Positions 54,711 through 64,000 of a stretch of 64,000 nucleotides of DNA are shown here, piece by piece. Position numbers and translations under genes: made by a program. A model generated the notes under the pieces. That model was given only the letters and a program-made list of their open reading frames with translations. It had not been told where the DNA came from and searched no databases. The stretch comes from Octopus vulgaris (Eukaryota), in NCBI GenBank assembly GCA_951406725.2, contig OX597814.1, forward strand, positions 206,212,001 to 206,276,000. Direction: 5' to 3'. Numbering within the stretch: the stretch's first letter is position 1; each line of letters starts with the position of its first letter.

Positions 54711-56112
54711 AGCTGCTGCAACACAAAGAATTCATCATTCTCCTTTGACGATAACTTCTAGTCCTGATTCACAATTCGCTATAAAGAAAATGCCGGCTCA
54801 ACGACGTAATTAGAACGAACTTATTTCTCCTTATTCTTCGAACTTTTTTTTTTCACGTATTCGGAATCTCCGACATCTAAAGCGTAGGAGTCGGAAAAGC
54901 AGTTCTTCCTGCTTACCGTGTGCCCTTCGGTTATATGAGGTACCTCTTCAGTGCTATAGATAAAGTGTGTGCTACCCAGAGTAGCCCTTCAATTTGCAGT
55001 CCCCGGACTCCGACAAGAATATACATTGCACAGTGTGTATATCGATTGTTGCATTTAACGGTGCGTTGTGTCCAACTCCCTTAAAACCAATATTATTTGA
55101 TTTCAGTACAGCCTGTACAGGCTTATAGCCTACAGCATACCCCCATAAAAATGCCGCCTGGGACGGACCTCGCCCTCCGCCCCGTTCTAGCTGATTTAGT
55201 GCTCTTCTTCAATGTCTGCCAATACAGCCGTTACCATTAATCAAATGTTAATTTCTGACATCACGTCTGCTGCTCTTACCTTCACATAGCATCGGCAACG
55301 ACATGAGGATTTTAGGATTAATTCCTCACTTTTGAGAGAGTTTCTTGCTTCGATGTATGTAGAAACTCTGACATAGACCGTACTGCATTGTCTGCCACGA
55401 GTGCTAAAAGTACTTTGACTCTGAACAAATTTCAGGCACCTTTCTACATGGACTGGAATTCGTTTTTCCACTCACCTTCTTTTTTGCTTTGTGCAACTGT
55501 AGGTTACCACGCATCTACTATGTTCTGTAGGCTCTGCTTTGGTTACCATTTTCTTCAACTGTGACAGCCATTACATTTTTAAATCAATCTTTGCTGATAT
55601 CTTCACTGCAGTGAAAAATGACTCAGTTTTTGCGCTTACATGACCTATTGGTCTGTATACTAACGGATTGACCTGCCACAAAAGTCATAATGGCGATTAG
55701 GATATCATTGTTTGATGGGGCAAAAATAGATCTTACATTGACGAGATAGTGTTTGTGGTGGTGGTAGTGATGGTGGCTTCTTTGTTTTGTGAGAAATTGT
55801 CAGCTTGCAACAGGAGTGGCGATTCCTTGACGTCAGTTTTCCTTGTAACTCATGAAGCTTTCGATGGCTTTGCTTGAATGTTGTGGCTGTGGTTATCACT
55901 GTTTCTACCTTCCCCTGTAGTTTTTACATCCGGTTTAAAATAAATCTTCCTCGTTTCGAATTGTTACACAAAAATGTAACTAAAATGGTTCTTCATTATT
56001 ACTTTCAGTTTTATAATAAATATTTTCTGTTTGAATATCTATGGAGTAATGAACCTATAACTAATCTTCATTATTTTATGCATTCCATTTTTTTAATTAC
56101 AGATAACGAAAT

Positions 56113-58308
56113 ATGGCTGCCATGCAGATGACAATAACAGCAACCAGTTCTCTTATTCTTTCAATCATTCTTATTATCACACTGACATCACTAAACATCA
56201 ATGCGAAGGAACTCGACAATGATTACGAAATGAAAATCCCACCCAGTGTAACGAAGATTTTATCTCGTTTAGTAAAATTGGGAAAAAAGGTTTTCAATTT
56301 TGAAGTCCATTTATCAAACAAGACACTTGATGACCTTCTTAATCCTGTACCATTGGATTATTTTGCAAACGCGAGACTCTTTACCTGGATTCCAGATGAA
56401 CCAGACGGTTTAATAGCATATAAAAATTTCTTCTTTGATTTTTCAATTTACTCTTTGAATTTGTTAAATGTCTACATTGCTAATCCAAGAATTGATATCG
56501 ATATAAATTGTACAAAACAAAATATTCAAAGACGCGATATAATATATTTGATATTCGAAGAATTGAAAAGATTCGTATTTATACAAAAATCGATAATGGG
56601 AAAATCTGGATACATGTGTTTTTTTATAAATTTGTCTCAAGACATGAAGAAAAACAATCCTTTCTCATTTGAAGCTTACAGAAGAATTGGTATGAATCGG
56701 AATTTGCTGAAGAAATATTGCTGCGAACTCCATAAAAATGAAAGCTATGTTTATCATCCAAAATCCATTTGTGCTGGAACTAATATTAACGTCAGTATGT
56801 TTGCAAATCTTGAAAATATCGTCGCAGCAGTTTTATGCGCATATTTCCCATTGTTTATTAGTTTTGTATCAAAAGCTAAATTACCTTCATTTTCCCATCA
56901 AAACACATTGCCATACAAATTAGAATGGATCAACGAAAACCATAATACTTACAATTTCACTGATATTCTGTCCTGGTTATTTTGCTTTCACCATTCCACA
57001 TTCTTTGCCTCAAGACTAAGAAGATTCTTATTTATTCTATTTCCTCTTTCAATAATTTTCCTGGATCTTTTGATGCATTACTTCGTTTTATATGAAACAA
57101 TAGAAATTCTTTACCAAGATGGTATACCATTGGGACATCGCGCCTTAATATTAGGAATCCCAGAAAGTTATGAGAATACTGATGGCTTATTTGGTGGTCC
57201 CTTTGTGTGGTTTATCTGTTACGTATCTTTCAACTTTATCCTCTTCGTTCTTCCCAGTCGAACAAGTGAGACTATCGCTTATAATACATTACATCAAAGA
57301 TCCACTTGCACGTTTCTCATTCAAAATATTAGATTATTAGAGAAGTATGGCAGTTTAGATGTTTCTACTCTACAGGATTATGATCAACTCTATGCAATAA
57401 TGAAAGCTAATATTTCTACTGCTTTAAACCCAAATTTCTGGTATTTAATAATTCATACTTGGATTAATCGTATAAAGAAAATTTGGTTATATTTCTACGG
57501 AAGAAATATTTTCTGGAAATTCATTACACTTTGGCTCTTTCTTTCCATTACAATTTTATTTTCTGCATTTTCTATGTGTGAATTATTTCTGTGCATCGTG
57601 TATTACGGAATCCCATTTGTTTATTTGATTCCGACTTTACCATTAAGTTATTCTAGAGTTTATATTTTCCCTCTCTATCAAAATCCAAATTATATTTTTA
57701 AGATTGTTGCTGCAGTTCTAACTTTTCTATCCTTACCGTTTTGTATATTATGGGAACTTTCTTCAATGTACATTTTTGTTGTAACTATGGAAGTTCTATG
57801 CTCCTATATATTTACAATAGGTATCTCCGTACTGGCTAAACCTGATAATGTCGGTGACGTATGGTTTGCTGCCATGTTTTTCGTGTATGGCGTTACAATT
57901 GTGAACGCCATCATGAAGCAGTATCAATCGGTAATATTTAATTCTGTAAAGCTCACGAACATTTTTCGTCCAAATTTAGTTCAGACAAAATATGGAGAAG
58001 AATTCATAAATGCCAGTTTGTTTAAGACAATTGTTAACCGTCGTTTTCCATTGAGATTCGAGATTGGTAAATCCATTGTAAAACTGTTTCTAATCGTATC
58101 TTTTTTCTTTGCTTGCAACAATATAATAAGTCGAGAAGACTTGGACTTATCAACGTTCACAAGGATTACTCTGATATTAATGACGTCTTTGATACCGAAT
58201 CTTTTGTCGATAATGAACACTAGATTTGTTCTTGATATAACCCTGTCAGATAAAATCGTTGAAACAATCAAATCATACGAAGAAGAGAATGAATCTCATC
58301 TCTTTTAA
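56113..58308 (+). CDS. Paralog C: orphan multi-pass membrane protein (731 aa); single coding exon
   Basis: Uninterrupted ORF homologous to A and B. Acceptor tttttaattacAG (56101-56102) + ataacgaaat + ATG; branch-like ctaat at 56061-56065. Confidence 0.9.
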   Translation: MAAMQMTITATSSLILSIILIITLTSLNINAKELDNDYEMKIPPSVTKILSRLVKLGKKVFNFEVHLSNKTLDDLLNPVPLDYFANARLFTWIPDEPDGLIAYKNFFFDFSIYSLNLLNVYIANPRIDIDINCTKQNIQRRDIIYLIFEELKRFVFIQKSIMGKSGYMCFFINLSQDMKKNNPFSFEAYRRIGMNRNLLKKYCCELHKNESYVYHPKSICAGTNINVSMFANLENIVAAVLCAYFPLFISFVSKAKLPSFSHQNTLPYKLEWINENHNTYNFTDILSWLFCFHHSTFFASRLRRFLFILFPLSIIFLDLLMHYFVLYETIEILYQDGIPLGHRALILGIPESYENTDGLFGGPFVWFICYVSFNFILFVLPSRTSETIAYNTLHQRSTCTFLIQNIRLLEKYGSLDVSTLQDYDQLYAIMKANISTALNPNFWYLIIHTWINRIKKIWLYFYGRNIFWKFITLWLFLSITILFSAFSMCELFLCIVYYGIPFVYLIPTLPLSYSRVYIFPLYQNPNYIFKIVAAVLTFLSLPFCILWELSSMYIFVVTMEVLCSYIFTIGISVLAKPDNVGDVWFAAMFFVYGVTIVNAIMKQYQSVIFNSVKLTNIFRPNLVQTKYGEEFINASLFKTIVNRRFPLRFEIGKSIVKLFLIVSFFFACNNIISREDLDLSTFTRITLILMTSLIPNLLSIMNTRFVLDITLSDKIVETIKSYEEENESHLF

Positions 58309-58485
58309 TCAACAAAATGATTTTAAAAATATATTATTCGTAGATTTATATGTTTTCTGCAAGTATACCCTGCATATTGTACCATAGGCTATACATTCAC
58401 AGGCAGGCGCTGCTAGTTAATATATGCGTATACATATACATACATTCATATATTCATATTTACATGCATGCGATCACATACATAT

Positions 58486-58890
58486 ACAGTGTACGATGGG
58501 TAAATTGTCGACATTTAATCATTTTAATTTTGCACATGCGCATTGTTTTGGGGATTTTGTCGACTACACAATATAGTAGGGTCAGTTGGGCACCATGACA
58601 CAATTCACTCTGTCAGAAATTTAGAAACGACATGCTGTACTGCTTGGCATTAACGCCTGAATCTCCACTACAAAGATTTTAGTGTGAATCTGAGGACAGT
58701 GCAGAGGATTGGGAAGGAGTTGGATGAGTCTAATGGTGATTGCGAAGGTACGACAGCTCGGAATCTACACTCTGATCATTTTGATGAGAACAAAAAGACA
58801 TCCTGAAGTTGTTGATGAGATCCAGGATATATTTGACAACGATCCTTCCAAGTTAATCAGGCCCATTGTCAGGGACTTGGAAGTTTCTAT
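58486..58890 (+). mobile_element. Tc1/mariner 5' relic (same family as 7645-8423)
   Basis: ta|cagtgtacgatgggtaaa terminus; gtgaatctgaggacagtgcagaggatt...gagttggatgagtctaa homology. Confidence 0.7.
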
Positions 58891-58896
58891 GGAACC

Positions 58897-59270
58897 TCAC
58901 CGCATACCTTATAGCATACCTTTGGAACTTCACCGTTCAAACAGACAGAAAGATAGATGCGAATAGGCCAGACATTATATTGGGGGATTTCAGACAAAAA
59001 TCATGCCTCCCCATTGATATGATTTTCTTAATCAGCATAAATGTATGTGTCAAGACTTACCAAACAGAGTTTAAAGGTCTGGAAATAGAAATTGGCAAAA
59101 CGTGGAACCTCACGACTAAAACAATACCTTTGTGATCGGTGCCTAGGAATAACAGCAAAAGGGGCTGATTGCTACCCATCTTAGATAGAAATAATTTAAA
59201 AAATGTAAGAATTTCTGAAAATAGTGCTCATAGGAACAATTCATATGCTACGTAAAATATTGTCTATGTA
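58897..59270 (+). mobile_element. R4/Dong endonuclease fragment (family of 16420-17400); its 3' tail lies at 60017-60090
   Basis: LWNFTVQTDRKIDANRPDII matches the other copy; tail gggtgagacttggagtcaacttgtacaaatacaaagcaaa. Confidence 0.75.
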
Positions 59271-60219
59271 ATTCCCCAAAACATTTTAATTCGTAAACAG
59301 TGTGAAAATACTTCTAAATGTACATAACAGCAAACACCTTTTACTGTCACCTTAACATCAGAATATCACCTTATGATCAAATTTCTTTGAAAATAAACTT
59401 CTAATTTACTTATATTTTGACAGACATTCTCTAAAACAATACAAAAGGATCTTTCTCGTAAAACGAAAACTCGTAAAACAGAGCAATAATTTCCCATTAG
59501 TAGTAATGTTATAAATCGTAATTCGTTCCCAGAACAAAATATTTTACTTATAAAATTTATAAAACTCGTAAATAAATGACAATAAAACAACAGTAACATG
59601 TAAAGAATATTTTATGTAAAGTACAAACATGTCAAGATCATTTATAATAAAAAATATTATTATAATCGTTGTCTGAATTACTTTCACTCGTACTAGACTC
59701 GTGCACACCTTCTCACTTGTAGGCGCAATCGTGATTCATAAGCACTCGTCGACGGACTTGTAGATTTCTTTTTAAAAACAAGTCGAGAATTGTTTGCTTT
59801 GTAGATGCTTTCTTTTGCTGCCTATAAATTTCAGGGCAACGTACAGAAGCATTTGTTATGGAAGTAGAAACTTTCGCAATTCGTTGAAAATTTGGATCTT
59901 GTGCTTGAAATATAAAACTCGTAAAGCGGGTCCCTGTAAAGGGAGGTATTACTACATTCAGTGCATAATCAAAAATATGGCATGTTGGTCATAATACCAA
60001 GTTGAACTTCAAATTGAGGTCTGTGGGTGAGACTTGGAGTCAACTTGTACAAATACAAAGCAAACGCCAAACATATAATAGTAATAATAACAAGAGTAGT
60101 GATGATAATGATAACATTGAAGGAAGTGATTGGAATCTTCCCATGTCTTGATTGATGATACATGTAGTGATAGTGTCTCAACAAACACTCTGGTAATTGC
60201 GCAACATGATAATCACTAC

Positions 60220-62800
60220 CTTACATGAGTGACAATGAAAAAATGGACCAGCACACACGACGTAGATGGAACTAACAAGTCAATGCTGTGGTCATGGAGT
60301 GTTACTACCTGAGCAACTCTGTAGAGGAAAATGGTGTTCATATTAGGAGGATAACGACAACGTATGGTGAATGGAGAGAAAGAGGATTGTTTCAACTCAA
60401 GGAACAGAGTTTATGTAATCAAGCTAGAGCAATAAGTAGAAATTGTTGATTCGCAGAGATAGAGCTCGAAGCTATCGAAAGACCGGTTTTGGAAAACAGC
60501 AGCAGAGCAAACGATGAAAATACAGTTCCTACTGATAAAAGTAATCCCATAGCAGAAGAAATGGTGCGAAATCTCTAATAAACCACAAGAAAGCAACAAT
60601 GATAGCGTGCTCGATAAGAGACATATAGATGGCTTGGAAGGAGACAATAAAACTAATGGTGATATGACATCAGAATAAAAAAAAACTCACAGAAACAAAT
60701 AATTTGATCAGGGCAGCGAATATTGTTGTAGGAGAAAATGTGGGTGTTGATGACACGAAAAATAAATACAATGGGAGTGAGAAAAGAAAAGATCCATGGT
60801 GGAAAAGAAGAATACAGGTGGGGTTAGATATGCTCTGGAAGGACATTTCCGACTTTGACCAAAAAGAGAAGGGGAGAGTTTAAAAGCGAACAGAAATAGA
60901 GGGCACTGAACAGGAAATATAATATTGAAAGAAAGGGCCTGTGAGTGGTCATGGAGGAACTGAAACAGCGCATCGTTGCAAAGAAAGCAAAGATGGGAAG
61001 ATACGACCAAAGAGTGGAAAGATACCAGCGGAATAGGTTATTCAGAGTAGATCGAAAGAGATTCTACAAAGAAATAAATGGTGAGTGTACAAATGAAAAG
61101 TTAGTACCAGATAACATTGAAAGTGAAAGGTTTTGGAGTGACATCTGGTGCAAAGACAAGGAACACAAGAAGGATGCTGAACGGTTGCAATAACTGAATC
61201 AACAGTAGTCTGTCCAAAACAGGCAGAACAAAGGCATTTCATTTAAGGAAGTGAAAGAATCAGAAACAAAATGGGCAAATTGAAGGCCCCGGGACTAGAT
61301 CGAGTTGAAGGCTACTGGATTAAAAGATTTGGTGTATGTCATGCCCGAATAGCTGCACAACTCAACTCCTTATTAAATACCGACAAAGTAACACTACACT
61401 GGTTGACATTGGGTAGGACAGTGCTGTGCTTGAAATCATCGAAAAAGGCAATACGGTAAACAATTACAGGCCGATATCCTGCTAACCACTTACGTGGGAA
61501 TTATTGACTGGATTACTCGCAGAATCAGTGTACGGACATCTCGTACCAAGGATCAACTTCTGATAAACAAAACTGTACTTAGGGACTATAAGTGGAAGAA
61601 GAGTAACTTAGCCATGTCATGGATCAATTATCGTAAGGCGTACTACATGGTCCTACATTCTTGGATTATAGAATGTATGAACCTACTTGGTATTCCATCG
61701 AATGTTGAGCGATTGCTTGGAAAAATAGGGCGAAGTGGAGGACGGAACTGACAGCATATGGAAGAAGTTTAAGGACAATAGAAATCAGGTGAGGCATCTT
61801 CCAAGGGGACTACCTGTCCCCACTGATCTTTGTACTGTGCATGATACAACTAACACTGATTGTGAGGAAAGCAAAGGCTGGGTATGTATTCAAAAGCCGC
61901 CAAAAGAAGTCAACCATTTGTTATTCATGGATGACGTCAAATTTTATGGTAAAGATGAAGCCTAAGTCAGTTCCCTCGTTGGTACGGTATATACCGTCAG
62001 TGCTGATATCAAAATGAAGTTTGGATTTAGAATGTGTGGTGTGTTAGACTTGAGTAGAGGCAAAATCATATGTATGGATGGGCAATCGATACCGTCGGGG
62101 GAGGTTATGAAGCAGATAGAAGAGACGTGCTATAAGTACTTGAGGATATTGGAAATGGATAAAATGATGGAGAAGGAAATGAGAGTAAAATTTAAGGAGA
62201 AGTACTTGTGCAGACTGAGTCTGATCCTTAATTCGAATTCAAACGCAAGGAATAAGATTGAATCTATCAATACCTGGGCGGTTTCACTCCTCAGATATGG
62301 AGTAGGGGTAATCGCATGGGCAGTAGACAAACTAAATAGCTTATGAAGAAAAACAAGGACGTTGCTAACTAGATAGGGGTTACTCAACCCAAAAAGTGAC
62401 ACAGACAGATTGTATGTACCAAGAAAATGTGGGAGAAGAGGACTGATTGGATGCGAACACAGCATTAGAGCAGAAGTAAGCAACATGATATGGTGTGTAA
62501 AAGATGCCACAGAACCGCTTTAATTGAAATTAAGAAGGTCAGGCTTGTGTAAGATAGAAGATTGCAAAAATGGAGCCCTGTCCAAGGATTTGAGAATGAA
62601 TGCGACTGAAAATAGGTGGATAAAGAAAATAATGCATGCACAATTTGATAGGGATATTTGAAAATAGGGCAGAGAGAGACAAAAGATTACTAAGGATGAC
62701 AGAATGTGATTTAAGACCTGAAACGGAGGCTCTAATCTGCGCTTCCCAAGTGTAAGCATTAAAAACGAATTACATGAAATACAGAATAGACAACACATCT
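60220..62800 (+). mobile_element. Long degenerate R4/Dong-clade non-LTR retrotransposon ORF (N-terminus plus RT)
   Basis: RRRW...NAVVMECYYLS, EELKQRI.AK..K..RY..R..RY.RNRLF..D.KRFY, KAPG.D.V.GYWIK, NHLLFMDDVKFY, INTWAVSLLRYG.GVI.W and RLYVPR..G.RGL; many stops. Confidence 0.85.
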
Positions 62801-64000
62801 AAGGAGCGATATATTAAAAACTGGCAAAACTAAAAAATGTTGAGGATAAATTAAGTTTATTATTGTTTCTGAAAATGCTAGTCATATTTCATTTCTACAC
62901 AGTTTTGCTGCGGTTTATTTAGTTTAAATTCTTTATCCCTCAGTTTCTACTAAGACAGAGTAAAACTAATAATAGAGAAGTGAAAATAAATCTTTGGAAA
63001 CAGCAACGCCGCCATGACTTACGGGGCAACGATAAGCACGCTTTCAAGGGAGATAATCAGAGAAAGACTTGAAGGTTAAAATAAGATCGTAATACTTCAT
63101 GTAAAGTAAAGTAAATATAACAAATGATCCAGAATCCTTGTTCGGTCCCGGGCCGATCAGAAAGTCTTATCAGCTCGTGCTAGTCACGAGACTAAACATC
63201 CCTGAAAGTTTCATCCGAATCCATCCAGCAGTTCTTGAGATATCTTTTCCACGGACAAACAAACACGACTGAAAACAATACCTCCGCCTTAGTTAAGGCA
63301 GAGGCTATAATGATGATGATGATATTGATGATATTGATGATGATGATGATGATGATGACGACGACGATGATGATAATGACAGTAGCAGTCAGTGGCGTTC
63401 ATGGCTTCTCATCTTAAGTGATTGGAAGTGTTATCATGTACATGTTTTTTCTTGGTATAAAAGATGGGTCACAGCAAATATTCTAGTCAAACCACAGGAT
63501 ATGCTTGTCAGTTGTTTGACTTTAACCACTTGAGCATTTCCCTTAGTGGCTGACGATATGTGCATCTCTGATCACGAGCAGAAATAGTGGGGGAGCATCA
63601 TGGACATGTGTTGAAAGGAATTGTTAAAGGTTTGGACAATTCACTTTTGGAAACATGGGTGGTTCACTCCACATCCATAAACAATCCTTATTCAGGGACC
63701 TTTTGAACGGGATGGGTTACTCGACCAGAAGAAAATTCTAACTGGGCCCCACCTGCAAGGTCATGCGTTGTTTATCTTGATATGAGATCATCATGTCGCG
63801 CACATACGTTTGTGATGCATGTGCCTGGTGTACCCTTATCAGACGGGTAGTCATGATGGGTATACTGGGCTCCGTATATTTTACCCCAGTGTCACTTTGA
63901 TGGCAAGCACTATTCTCTCACTCAATTATAATAAAAATAATAATAATAATAATAATAATGATAATAATAATTATAATATTAATAAAAATAATAATAATAA

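Noticed and set aside
54750-55900. Short ORFs upstream of C (55241-55471, 55705-55899) and at 13700-14127
   Set aside because: No recognisable domain; probably decayed TE or intronic sequence.

Overview
AT-rich, repeat-saturated eukaryotic (metazoan) DNA. The tRNA-derived SINE families, microsatellite load and retroelement mix suggest an octopus/cephalopod genome (inference). The only intact long coding sequences are three paralogous single-coding-exon genes of 731-740 aa (A 10908-13130 -, B 42992-45196 -, C 56113-58308 +), plus a fourth, pseudogenised copy (~330-1255 -). They encode an orphan membrane-protein family I cannot assign: signal peptide, ~200-aa Cys-containing ectodomain and roughly 9-11 hydrophobic segments. 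All three share a splice acceptor exactly 10 nt before the ATG. A and B also share a conserved non-coding first exon/promoter block, and the paralogs look like gene-conversion mosaics. The intergenic DNA holds SINEs, CR1/L2-like, RTE, R4/Dong and Penelope-like retroelements, Helitron, piggyBac and Tc1/mariner relics, a 4.7-kb 38-bp satellite, foldback hairpins, a segmental duplication bracketing gene C, and several minimal hammerhead ribozyme motifs, one of them apparently intact (35451-35504). All alignments, folds and topology calls were made by eye.
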